Below, one piece after another: positions 10,846 to 21,039 of a stretch of 64,000 nt of DNA. The notes beneath the pieces were generated by a model. It was not told the DNA's origin and made no database searches. It was given only the letters and a program-made list of their open reading frames with translations. Each line of letters begins with the position of its first letter. Position 1 is the first letter of the stretch. This DNA comes from Candidatus Latescibacterota bacterium (GTDB lineage: Bacteria; Latescibacterota; UBA2968; SICM01), in contig CBDCJO010000002.1 of the NCBI GenBank assembly GCA_965217865.1, positions 4,480,001 to 4,544,000 of the forward strand. The letters run 5' to 3'. The position numbers and the translations under genes are program-made.

Positions 10846-13229
10846 ATGAAGCAGATACTTTTCTTTGCCCTTCTTGTCCTTCCCGTTAACACCTTCGCGA
10901 TCCACAACACCGCCATCGTGAATGTAGAGGTCGCGCGGGACGTGTCAGCCCCTTCCGGATCCTTCACCGCATCCCTGACCGGAGACCAGGAGGTCCCGGC
11001 CCTCACGACTTCTGCTTCGGGGACGGCTGCGTTGACCTGGGATAGCCGGGGTCTCCACTATCGGATCCCGGGGCAGCGTTGCTCAGTGAACTGCTGGCCG
11101 GGAACCTCTACCTCAACGTTCACACCGCGGATAATCCCGGGGGTGAGCTCCGCGGGCAGGTCGCCATGACATCCGGAGTGGGTTTCTGGGCGACCATGGG
11201 AGGCGGGCAGCAGAATCCACCCCTCACCATCTCGGCCACGGGGACGGCCTCCCTAAATTGGGATAAGGACGGCCTCCACTATCGGATCACGGTGGACGGT
11301 CTTAGCGGTGCGATCACGGGTGCGCACTTCCACAACGCGCCGGCCGGGCAGAACGGCGGCGTGGTCCACAACATCACGGCCTCTTTCACCGGCAATACGG
11401 CATCGGGGACTATCGATGACTCGGCGCTGATCGATGAGCTTATCGGAGGGAACCTCTACCTGAACGTCCATACGGCTGAAAATCCCGGGGGTGAGGTCCG
11501 CGGGCAGGTCTGGATGACCTCAGGAGTCCGGATGACGGCGACCCTGGATGGGGGACAGCAGAATCCGCCCCTCACCATCTCGGCCACGGGGACGGCTGCT
11601 CTGAATTGGGATGGAGACGGCCTTCGCTACCGGATCACGGTGAGTGGGTTGAGCGGTGCGATCGGGGGTGCGCATTTTCACAGCGCCCCTGCGGGTCAAA
11701 ACGGAGGCGTGGTCCACAATATCACAAGTTCCTTCTCGGGCAATACCGCTTCCGGGATATGGCCGGGTCCTCCCGCCGATATGCTGGTGGAGCTGCTGGC
11801 CGGGAACCTCTACCTCAACGTTCACACTGGGGACAATCCCGGTGGTGAGGTCCGCGGACAGGTCGGTATGGTCTCCGGCGTCGGATTTGAAGCCCACCTG
11901 GGTGGGGGGCAGGAGGTCCCACCGGTCACCAACTCGGCCACGGGGACGGCCTCACTCAATTGGGATAAGGACGGCCTCCACTACCGGATCACGGTGGACG
12001 GTCTTACCGGTGCGATCACGGGTGCGCACTTTCATAACGCGTCGGCCGGGCAGAACGGCGGCGTGGTCCACGGTATCACCGCCTCTTTTACGGGCAGCAC
12101 GGCCTCAGGCGTATGGGTTGCCGACGCATCGAATGTCGGGGAACTTATAGCGAGCAATCTATACCTTAATGTACACACCGTGGAAAATCCAGGGGGTGAG
12201 GTTCGCGGGCAGGTGGTTCAGCCCGGGCCCCGGGTGGGTGGCCTGGTGGTTGGGTTCTCCCGGGCGACCTCGGGCATTTCGGCCAATTATGAATGGGATG
12301 CGGTCACCGATGTAGACGGCGAAGCGACGATCGATATCGAGGTCCCGCCGAGGCCCGCTTTACCCAATGTTGGAGCCAGCGGCTACTACCGGGCACGTGT
12401 TATCAACAGCACGGGTGAGGTTCTCGGTCGATGGATAGGTATACCCGTGAGGGGTGGGAGGGTTGTCGACCTCCGCCTCTCGGTTGGAGGACGAGCAGCC
12501 ATAACGGGACCGGTATTCGGAACGCCAATCGAGGCTTCGGTAAAACCGGTTTCCTCCGCTGTCACTACCACGGTCCTGTCCGGAGTCGAACCACAGGCCC
12601 CAATCGTCTCGTTCGGCAGCGTCGATGCGAAGACGGAGGGAAGGTTGGATCTGCCGGTTCAGATCGATCGGGCGGGAGACCTCTTCGCGGGGGATCTCAT
12701 CCTCACCTACGATCCGAACCTTGTTGCCCTCCGGACCGGGAAGATCGGTGAAATCGACTTGGCGATTGTGGAATCGGTCCCAGGTCGTGCTTCCCTTTCA
12801 TTTGAGGGTATTGCAGCGTCGGAAGCAACCCGGCTTCTGCTTTCGTTTGAGCGCCGCACGGGTGATGCGTTGGGCGACATGGAACTCGCCGGGGTGTTCT
12901 ACGATAACGACCTGATGCCGATCGCCGAGGTGGCGACTGAAGCCCGTTTGCACGACGGCCTGCATGCTGTGTACACCCTGCTGCAGAACTATCCCAATCC
13001 GTTCAACCCGACCACGCAGATTCGATATGATCTGCCCCGGTCCGGGCGGGTCAGCTTGACTATCTACAACGGGCTGGGTCAGGTGGCGGCACGACTTGTG
13101 GACATCCGCCAGGACGCCGGTTCCTACACTGTGACCTGGGATGCCAGGGAGATGGCTTCAGGGGTCTATTACTATCGGCTGGAGTCCGGGGGATTCAGCG
13201 CGACAAAGCGGTTGGTTCTGTTGAAGTAA
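10846..13229 (+). CDS. Secreted multi-CHRD-domain protein with C-terminal sorting domain; first repeat has an internal deletion/frameshift near 11067
   Basis: Signal peptide MKQILFFALLVLPVNTFA; repeats with AHFH and GNLYLNVHT..NPGGEVRGQ; C-terminal LQNYPNPFNPTTQIRY..SGVYYYRL; split across ORFs 10846-11169 and 11079-13229. Confidence 0.85.
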
Positions 13230-13256
13230 CACTTATCCAAACGCTCTGAGCCTTCC

Positions 13257-13294
13257 AGCAGGCGCGGTTCTGTAACCGCGCCTGCTTTTTTTTT
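13257..13294 (+). terminator. Rho-independent terminator
   Basis: AGCAGGCGCGGTT-ctgt-AACCGCGCCTGCT followed by a T run, downstream of the CHRD gene. Confidence 0.9.
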
Positions 13295-13490
13295 AGAGGT
13301 TCCCATTGAAAGATTAATCAACATATAAATAAAAGAGGGTATATTAGTTCATCACAAGAAACGACGGACGGGAAACGGGAAACAAAGAAGGTAAATCCAC
13401 CTTCGTGGATCGGAAATCCCGTGGACCGCCAAAACCGATCGCGAGTGAAATTGGAACTCCTGCCAAAAGGTTAATTCTGGTTCCCACGCC

Positions 13491-16298
13491 ATGAGAAAGG
13501 TTCAGAAGCGTTCTTTCAACCCCCAGGACGTTGTTGCGGTCCTCTGTTTCTTCCTCTCCGGATTCGCTGCGCTGGTCTACGAGGTGTCCTGGATCCGAAA
13601 GGCCTCTCTGGTCTTTGGATCATCGACATTCGCAGTCAGCACCGTACTTGCGGTGTTCTTCCTCGGACTGGCCTGCGGGAGTTTCCTGTTCGGGCGGATC
13701 GGCCAGAAGGCCTCGCGACCGCTGAGGCTTTTTGCCCTGATGGAGATAGGCATCGGGCTAATCGCATCCGTGAGTCCTTATGGATTTGACCTGATGGACG
13801 GCCTCTTCGGAGCCGTCTATCGGGCAACGGCCCAGGAACCGGCCCTTCTCCTGCTCTCTCGCGGGATTCTGGTCGCTCTTGTCATTCTTCCCCCGACGAT
13901 CCTCATGGGCGGGTCGCTTCCCCTTTTCTGCCGGCAGTATGTGGTAAAGGACTCAAGGATCGCCGGTTCCGTCGGCCTGCTGTACGGCGTGAACACCCTG
14001 GGAGCTGCCGTGGGCTGCGCCGCGACCGGATTTTTTTTGTTGCCGTCTTTCGGGCTTCAAAATTCTGTGCTGGTCGGGGCCGTTTTGAACGTGTTGTGTG
14101 GAATTGTGGTGGGTTCGATGAGAATCGCTAAGGAGGATGCACCCGACATACTCGTCAAGGAGGAGGGATCCCACAGCGGTAGCGGCATTGCGATCCCGGT
14201 ACTCTTTTTCTCCGTCGGGTTTGCAGCCTTAGGGAGCGAGGTTCTCTGGACGCGCTACCTGGGTCTTTTGATTCACAATTCGGTCTACACTTACACGTTG
14301 ATTCTGACGGTCGTTCTGGTTGGGATCGTGATCGGAAGCGTTGTCTCCTCCAGGTTCTTCGACCGGCGGGTCGCCCGCGCACGATATTTCGGCGCCTTTC
14401 AGGTGCTCTCCGGAATCGGGATTTTGGTCCTTATGAAACTTCCTCCGGGATTTTGGAGGGGGATCGGAGATGAGCTGTGGGTTACTTTCCTCCTTGTTCT
14501 TTTTCCGGCCGTCCTCTCCGGGGCTTCTTTCCCACTGGCGATCCGCATGGTCGTTGGAGACGCATCAAAGGCGACGGTGAACACGGGGAGAATGGCCGGG
14601 GTTAACACGATGGGGGGAATCTTCGGCTCGTTGTTCCTGGGGTTCGTTGCTTTGCCGGCCTTCGGAATGCAGACGAGCCTCCTGTTTACGACGGGTTTAA
14701 GCCTGGCCATCGGTTTTGCCTCCTGGATCTGGATCGACAGGTCAAGGCGTGTCGTATTTTGGGGTCCGGCCGTAGTCACATCTCTTGTGATCTGGCTTGG
14801 AATACCTCCCCTCACCGGGGTGCGGATACCGGCGGACTTCCTTGGAGAACGGGAGAACCTCGTGGCCTATCGTGAAGGCGTTGGCTCCAACCTGGCGGTT
14901 ATTCGGAAGGAGCACGTGCTACAGCTGGAGATCGAAGGGTGGTGGCAGGGTGAGGACCAGAAGAACCATCAGATTATGGCAGCGCATATACCCATGCTTT
15001 TGCATCCGAAACCCCGGAGGGTCCTCGTGGTGGGGGTTGGAACGGGCCAGACGGCCAGCCGCTTTTTGATGTACCCCGTCGATCGCCTCGATTGCGTGGA
15101 TATCGAACCGACGATTTTCGAGTTTATTCGAGGCCATTTCGAGTCAGGATGGATGAATGACGAAAGGGTGGCATTGATTCGGGAAGACGGGCGGAATTAC
15201 CTCAGACACGGGAAAGGTATGTACGATGTGATCTCACTCGAGGTGGGCCAGATCTTTCGGCCTGGGGTGGCGTTCTTCTATACGGCGGATTTCTACCACC
15301 GTGCCCGGGAGCGACTCAATCCAGGCGGACTGGTCGCTCAATTCGTTCCCATTCCATTTTTCACGATCGAACAGCTACAGGGGGTCTTGAAGACTTTCCT
15401 GGATGCTTTTCCGCAGAGCACCTTATGGTATAACACGTCCGAATTGCTTCTGGTGGGGGTGAATGACGGGGGGGATGGGTTCAATCAGGAGTTACTCGGG
15501 AGGTTGTCAGACGACTTGATTCAAGAAGATCTGAGCTACAGCCACTGGGGCGGACCGGAATACCATCTGAACAGTCCCCACGTCTTTCTGGCCGGATACC
15601 TCGTTGGGCCCCAGGGCCTTTCCCGCCTGGCGGCCGGCGGCGACCTGTATCGAGATGACCGCCCGATCCTGGATTATGCCACAAACCGGGTGTATGAATC
15701 GAAGGGATATGAGATCTCGAATCTCAAAAAGTTACGGGACCAGCTGGAGCAGATCGAGACACTGGGAAATTTCCATCTCTCCCCGGACGGACTATTGGCA
15801 ATCGAAAAGATTCGAGAAAAGAACCTGAGCGATATCGTCGTGAGGGCTCTGATCCGGCGGGTCAACCAGCTGATACCCTACAATGATTTTGCGGGGATCG
15901 TTTCGCTGCTCTCGAGGGCGGTTCGATTGAATCCCGAGCACTTCCTGGCGAATCGAATGATGGGGGACGCGCTTCTGATTCAGGGCCGATATGAGGAAGC
16001 TCTCGCATATTATTTAGCCGCCTATGACATCCGCAATGAGGACGGCCCTGTCTTACACGGGCTCGGCGTTGCGAACCAGCACCTCGGCCGAATCGATGAC
16101 GCGATCGAATCCTATCGGAGGGCCCTGAGGGTCCGTCCCGATCACGCGGAGACACACAATAACCTGGGTGTTGCGCTGGGACAGGACGGCGACCTCGCGG
16201 GGGCATTGCATCACTTCGAAGAGGCGGTCAGGTTGCGACCCGGGTACGCAGACGCGGAGCAAAATCTCGCCATGGCGCGGTCTTATGAGGAAAATTGA
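13491..16298 (+). CDS. Fused MFS-like membrane/spermidine synthase-like protein with C-terminal TPRs
   Basis: FFLSGFAALVYEVSW, LYGVNTLGA membrane motifs; VLVVGVGTGQT..CVDIEP..EDGRNYL SAM-binding fold; TPR HNNLGVAL. Confidence 0.88.
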   Translation: MRKVQKRSFNPQDVVAVLCFFLSGFAALVYEVSWIRKASLVFGSSTFAVSTVLAVFFLGLACGSFLFGRIGQKASRPLRLFALMEIGIGLIASVSPYGFDLMDGLFGAVYRATAQEPALLLLSRGILVALVILPPTILMGGSLPLFCRQYVVKDSRIAGSVGLLYGVNTLGAAVGCAATGFFLLPSFGLQNSVLVGAVLNVLCGIVVGSMRIAKEDAPDILVKEEGSHSGSGIAIPVLFFSVGFAALGSEVLWTRYLGLLIHNSVYTYTLILTVVLVGIVIGSVVSSRFFDRRVARARYFGAFQVLSGIGILVLMKLPPGFWRGIGDELWVTFLLVLFPAVLSGASFPLAIRMVVGDASKATVNTGRMAGVNTMGGIFGSLFLGFVALPAFGMQTSLLFTTGLSLAIGFASWIWIDRSRRVVFWGPAVVTSLVIWLGIPPLTGVRIPADFLGERENLVAYREGVGSNLAVIRKEHVLQLEIEGWWQGEDQKNHQIMAAHIPMLLHPKPRRVLVVGVGTGQTASRFLMYPVDRLDCVDIEPTIFEFIRGHFESGWMNDERVALIREDGRNYLRHGKGMYDVISLEVGQIFRPGVAFFYTADFYHRARERLNPGGLVAQFVPIPFFTIEQLQGVLKTFLDAFPQSTLWYNTSELLLVGVNDGGDGFNQELLGRLSDDLIQEDLSYSHWGGPEYHLNSPHVFLAGYLVGPQGLSRLAAGGDLYRDDRPILDYATNRVYESKGYEISNLKKLRDQLEQIETLGNFHLSPDGLLAIEKIREKNLSDIVVRALIRRVNQLIPYNDFAGIVSLLSRAVRLNPEHFLANRMMGDALLIQGRYEEALAYYLAAYDIRNEDGPVLHGLGVANQHLGRIDDAIESYRRALRVRPDHAETHNNLGVALGQDGDLAGALHHFEEAVRLRPGYADAEQNLAMARSYEEN

Positions 16299-16400
16299 AG
16301 ATCGAAGATTGAATATTGAAGATTGAGGTTGAGATCCTTAAGCCTTTAAAAAGTCTGGTGTTTTTTCAAATATTCATTTTTCCGATATTCAATATTCAAT
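16293..16400. repeat. Inverted heptamer element, family B (TTGAAKA..WTTCAA), copy 1
   Basis: ATTGAAG/ATCGAAG/ATTGAAT/ATTGAAG arm and TTCAAATATTCA..TCCGATATTCAATATTCAAT arm; overlaps the upstream TGA stop. Confidence 0.8.
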
Positions 16401-16413
16401 GAAGTTGGTTGGT

Positions 16414-17120
16414 TCAACGGAAGTGGAGATCTATCCCATAAAGGATCAGGCCCAATTTTTTTGCGAGGGCCAAAGAGGCGACGTTGTCCCACGACGTGCT
16501 GTAAAGGGGTAAGTGCCCTTCGTTTGAGACAGCCACCGCCCAACCCGCTACTACGTCCGCAGCGTATCCCCTTCGACGAAATCCCTCCAGCGTGAACACC
16601 CCGGCCTCGTGCGCCTGCGGCGATATGCGCACGCTGGAGCATATCGATACGACCTTCCCGTTTTCGACTGAACCCATACAAGGCTGCAGGGATTCCAGAC
16701 TGAGGATCGTGTCCGGGAAACCGAAGCGCAGGAGCTCAGCGTTCTTCCTGGTAATCCTCAAGATGTTTGTCGGGGCCTCTATTTTTTCGGGAAATCGGTA
16801 TGCCGGTCCGCTCCATTCCGCCTCGATCTCCGCGTCTGCCTTCAAGACATTTCTGAAGGCATCCAGGTTGATCAGCGGATCCGGATAATTTGAAGGTACG
16901 GGCTCCGCCAGGGTCAACGTATTCAGTTTTTCGACGATTCCATCGTGGAGATCGTGCCGAAATCGCCAGATGTGGCCATCCTTCGTGCGTCCCAGGAAGA
17001 ACCGGGGGCCAGGTCCCCGTCAGGTTCGTTTACGTGTTGAAGGAATCCATTTTTGTTATGGGTAAAGAGGGTTCCGACGTGAATCTCCATCAGGTTGAAA
17101 TCAGATATCAATGAAATCAC
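16414..17120 (-). CDS. GNAT family acetyltransferase, frameshifted at a G5 run (about 17004-17008)
   Basis: EAGVFTLEGFRRRGYA..PLYSTSWDNVASLALAKKLG; adding one base in the homopolymer joins ORFs 16923-17120 and 16414-16917. Confidence 0.8.
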
Positions 17121-17165
17121 TTCCTTTCAAGACGACCCCTGACCTTCTGCCTGAAAGTTCTGTAA

Positions 17166-17444
17166 TCAACCGAACGCTTTCTCGGCCGCCTTTTTGATCT
17201 CTTCGTCGCTCAAATCCGAGACGTGTGTTGCGATGCTCCACGAGTGTCCGTAGGGGTCGAACACCTGACCATATCGATCTCCCCAGAATGCGTTCATAGG
17301 CTCGCATCCTGCGGCAACGGCCTGTTTAAATGCCGCATCCACATCTTCAACATACAGATGAAGAGTGACCGTTGTTCCTTTGTTTGTCTTGGGGGATACC
17401 CATCCCGGGCACCCCTGACCATAGCTAGCCGCAATGCAAAACAT
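17166..17444 (-). pseudogene. C-terminal fragment of a VOC/PhnB-like glyoxalase
   Basis: LHLYVEDVDAAFKQAVAAG..AFWGDRYGQVFDPYGHSWSIATH; N-terminus missing. Confidence 0.7.
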
Positions 17445-17753
17445 AACATCAGCGTGAAATCTCTACAAAAAGCCACAATCGACAATAATTGCATTATCGA
17501 TTTAGAGGAGGGAAGACCCTCAGCGGACGATTTACGTCGCCTTGTAACCTCTCATGGCCCAGGGAAGGATATTGCTTCGAGTGGTTGGAATCTTTGCGTC
17601 AGAGAGAAGGCTAGATGGAACCTACGCCGAGAACTTTGGCGAGTTTAGAGCAAAACTGAAAGCTACGGGCTGCGGAAATGTGGAGATTTTGAAGCCTTCT
17701 GGCTATTGGGGTTATTAGCTAGTTCTGCAATCGCGAATTTATTCGTTTTTTTC

Positions 17754-17781
17754 TTGACAGCACCTCCACATCGCGTATATT
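17754..17781 (+). promoter_or_regulatory. Sigma70-like promoter for the BlaI-like gene
   Basis: TTGACA-16-TATATT, then AGGAGG RBS before ATG 17833. Confidence 0.5.
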
Positions 17782-17832
17782 TTCGCTATCTTGTGCAGAC
17801 AACGATTTTCACAGCAGGGATAGGAGGCTGAA

Positions 17833-18228
17833 ATGCCGAGAAAACGGACACAAGGGCTGACGGATCGTGAAGCCGAAATCATGTCAATTCTCTGGGATAT
17901 CAGCGATGCAAGCGTTGAGGATATCCGCGAGCGGCTCAGCGATACACCCTCGGCCAGCACTGTCCGAACGCTGCTTGCCATCATGGTCGATCGCGGTCTG
18001 GTCGCCCACGATGGGGCTGAGTACGCAAAGCGCTACCGAACCAGACTCGACCGTTCTGAGGCCCAGTGGCCCGCTCTGCGCAGGCTGATCGATAGGCTTT
18101 ATGCCGGCTCTACGGAGGCGCTTCTTGTGCATCTGGTCGATCAAGGGGAAGTTGATCTTGAACAACTGAAACGACTTCAGGCCCGCCTCCGTCGGGAAGG
18201 TTCTAAGTTCAGAAGGAAAGGGCCTTGA
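17833..18228 (+). CDS. BlaI/MecI/CopY family repressor
   Basis: LTDREAEIMSILW, STVRTLL..MVDRGLV, LYAGSTEALLVHL. Confidence 0.92.
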   Translation: MPRKRTQGLTDREAEIMSILWDISDASVEDIRERLSDTPSASTVRTLLAIMVDRGLVAHDGAEYAKRYRTRLDRSEAQWPALRRLIDRLYAGSTEALLVHLVDQGEVDLEQLKRLQARLRREGSKFRRKGP

Positions 18229-18313
18229 CGGCCTTACTTCTCAATGAACAATGGCACACATCCGAGAGGATTCTGTTCCCTCGACAGACCTCTGCTCATG
18301 AGAGGAGCTTGGG

Positions 18314-20272
18314 ATGACCCTTGAACTGCTCAGCGATCAGCTCGCGAGGTACCTGATCGACACAGCCTACAAGGCCACGTTCCTGCTGGCACTGGGATTC
18401 ATTCCCTGGCTGGTATTTCGCAATCGCCCTGCATGGCAAGCTCTGGTGTGGACCACCGTCTTAATCGCGCTTGTCGTCCTGCCGATTTCCGCTGTACTGC
18501 TTCCCGGGTTTGAGGTCCCCTTGATTCCACGAACGCACGTTGCGCCCCCCGCGCTGGATCAGGATAACGTCGAGACCGCCAACTTCAGGTCCTTTTCCGC
18601 CTCCGTACCTCCTCATCCTGTGTCTGAAGGAACTCAGGATCGAAATATCCCCCATACGAAGTGGATCCCCTGGGCCGCGGCCCTCTATCTCGCAGGACTC
18701 TGTTTCTCTATCCTCAAGATAGGGATTGGGCTCTGTCGTATGAGCCGGTTGAGAAAGGTCATACTTCCTGCGAGCGCCGATGGCGTGGCTCGTATCAATC
18801 GGTGGCGCGCCCGAATGGGGATTAAGGTTCCGGTTAATTTAGGGACATCGGAGAAGGTTAATGTACCCACCGTGGTCGGGTTCCGACGGCCGCTGATTGT
18901 GATTCCCGGACAACTGGCGGCCCACAAAGACGTCCAGACTCTCGACGGAATCCTTGTCCACGAGCTTGCCCACATAAAGCGGAGAGATACGTTTTACAAT
19001 CTCTTGGGACTTTTGGCGGCTGCAGTATATTGGTACCACCCTCTTGTTCATCTAACCAGGAGATGGCTGGCCGTGACGCGGGAGTTTGCCTGTGATGACT
19101 GGGCAGTATCTATCTTTAGAGATAGGAAAAAGTACTCTGCAACGCTGCTGGAAGTCACATCTGGTCTGGACGGACATCCCGCATTGGCATTGAGCATGGA
19201 CATGGCACGAACGGTCCCTGTTGTCCGGCGCGTTGAAAGGATTCTCAACCTTTCCAGGCAGATCACTCCCGAAACGGGTCGCCTTCGCGCTGCGGCCCTC
19301 ATTGCCACAATTTTTGCATTCTCCTTCGTCCTCGGCTGTATGCATCCCACGCACAGTCGTATTACCCCTCAAGGAGATTCTACACCTGTCGGAGGAAAAA
19401 CAATGTCTCGAACCAATGCGCTTCGATCAATCATGCCGCTGTTTCTGGTCGAGAACCTCGACACATCGACACAGTTTTATATCGACAAACTCGGATTTGA
19501 AGAGCTTTACCGCGGCAACTTTGGAGGGGGGTTCGTTCAGCTCCGTCGAGACGAGTGCGACATCTTTCTCGCCCGGAAGGACAGCGAAGTGGATCTCCGC
19601 AACATCAGAGCCAGGGCTCCAGAAAGAGCAGATTTCGCGTCGTACGACCTTCATATCGTGTGTCAAGCCGGGACGATAGACGCACTCTGGCATGAATATC
19701 GCAATTCTGGCGTGCAGATGGGCTCCGGACCTGAAGATCGTCCCTACGGTGTCCGGGATTTCGGCATTCACGATCCGGATGGCTACAGCATCGTATTCGG
19801 TGCGCCTATCGAGAGTATGACATCTCAAGGAGATTCTACACCTGCCGGAGGCAAAACAATGTCTCGAACCAATGCGCTTCGATCAATCATGCCGCTGTTT
19901 CTGGTCGAGAACCTCGACACATCGACACAGTTTTATATCGACAAACTCGGATTCGAAGAGCTTTACCGCGATAACTTTGGAGGGGGGTTCGTTCAGTTCC
20001 GTCGAGACGAGTGCGACATCTTTCTCGCCCGGAAGGACAGCGAAGTGGATCTCCGCAACATCAGAGCCAGGGCTCCAGAAAGAGCAGATTTCGCGTCGTA
20101 CGACCTTCATATCGCGTGTCAAGCCGGGACGATAGACGCACTCTGGCATGAATATCGCGATTCTGGCGTGCAGATGGGCTCCGGACCTGAAGATCGTCCC
20201 TACGGTGTCCGGGATTTCGGCATTCACGATCCGGATGGCTACAGCATCGTATTCGGTGCGCCTATCGAGTAA
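18314..20272 (+). CDS. BlaR1-like M56 metallopeptidase fused to two VOC (glyoxalase/bleomycin-resistance) domains
   Basis: HELAHIKRRD, YWYHPLV, REFACDD; two copies of IMPLFLVENLD..YGVRDFGIHDPDGY. Confidence 0.88.
   Translation: MTLELLSDQLARYLIDTAYKATFLLALGFIPWLVFRNRPAWQALVWTTVLIALVVLPISAVLLPGFEVPLIPRTHVAPPALDQDNVETANFRSFSASVPPHPVSEGTQDRNIPHTKWIPWAAALYLAGLCFSILKIGIGLCRMSRLRKVILPASADGVARINRWRARMGIKVPVNLGTSEKVNVPTVVGFRRPLIVIPGQLAAHKDVQTLDGILVHELAHIKRRDTFYNLLGLLAAAVYWYHPLVHLTRRWLAVTREFACDDWAVSIFRDRKKYSATLLEVTSGLDGHPALALSMDMARTVPVVRRVERILNLSRQITPETGRLRAAALIATIFAFSFVLGCMHPTHSRITPQGDSTPVGGKTMSRTNALRSIMPLFLVENLDTSTQFYIDKLGFEELYRGNFGGGFVQLRRDECDIFLARKDSEVDLRNIRARAPERADFASYDLHIVCQAGTIDALWHEYRNSGVQMGSGPEDRPYGVRDFGIHDPDGYSIVFGAPIESMTSQGDSTPAGGKTMSRTNALRSIMPLFLVENLDTSTQFYIDKLGFEELYRDNFGGGFVQFRRDECDIFLARKDSEVDLRNIRARAPERADFASYDLHIACQAGTIDALWHEYRDSGVQMGSGPEDRPYGVRDFGIHDPDGYSIVFGAPIE
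19368..20269 (+). repeat. Near-identical tandem duplication, 456 bp period, encoding the VOC domain
   Basis: 19368-19813 versus 19824-20269, only a few substitutions. Confidence 0.95.
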
Positions 20273-20789
20273 ATTTCTTTGAGGTATTCCCAAAGTCCGC
20301 CTGGGCAGTCGTGGCAGCCCGCGACAAGCGAACATAAACTGGCTACTTCGTTGTGGCGATGTGTCTAGGAAGGATGAGAGATATATTGGCGGGCAGGGAG
20401 GTGGGAATCTGGAATGATATTAATTAGCTTCTGCGGGCAGGCCTTTTGGACAGAAAAAAAATGGTGGAGTTGAGGAAAGGATTCAAAACGTCCTCTTCCC
20501 TAAGGTTGAGTTTAAGTACAGTGATTACTCTGCGTCCGCGGTTATCAAGAACTATCTCAAGATCTCCCTATCTTTCCCAGATGGCGAAGCGCCAAATGTG
20601 GCGTTCTTTCGATGTGGGCCCCCATATATTACAATGGTGGCCTGTTTGTGACTAACGACGAAAATTTCCACAAGGAAAGCAAGAAAACCAGCGCTTCTAG
20701 ACTTGGATGCTAGACAAATCCTGAGGCCAGATGAAACTGCTTCTTTGTTCGAAGGATGATAACACCGATCCTCCGAGTTTTTGCACTGC

Positions 20790-20917
20790 GGCTAACAGCA
20801 CGCTCCCGGCTCGCGAGCGCTCGACCCAAATGGCAACGAGCTTGCCTTCCCGCTATTCGGAAGACAATTTATCGTTTGGTTAACGCGGCCATTTCGGGAG
20901 CCTGCGGAACGTTAGCG
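20790..20917 (+). mobile_element. Integron attC site 1
   Basis: GGCTAAC inverse core, GCTCCCG/CGGGAGC internal arms, GTTAGCG core; 128 bp. Confidence 0.7.
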
Positions 20918-21039
20918 GAAATTGCCCCCACCCCCCCAAAACAGCTTTTGCGTGCAAAAACAAAAAACTGCAAATGAGCCTTTCCAGTCACATCGGCGAA
21001 GGTTCATAAACCGTCGGTCTTGAATGGAAGGCCAGCAAC

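Noticed and set aside
10340-10849. ORFs with TNHESRI repeats (also HHAPRTT/VVRGAWC at 42668-43059)
   Set aside because: A stop-free heptamer array gives the same 7-aa repeat in all three frames; these are translation artefacts of non-coding repeats.
17004-17008. Programmed frameshifting in the GNAT, cytochrome or purA genes
   Set aside because: All three shifts sit in short G/C homopolymers with no canonical slippery heptamer or evident stimulator; sequencing error or simple mutation is more likely.
17448-17740. Possible PIN-like gene fragment (KATIDNNCIIDLEE)
   Set aside because: Short, interrupted and resting on one weak motif; not supportable as a feature.
20370-20760. Intact cassette ORF upstream of attC 1
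   Set aside because: Stops in all frames and no recognisable family; at most a decayed gene.
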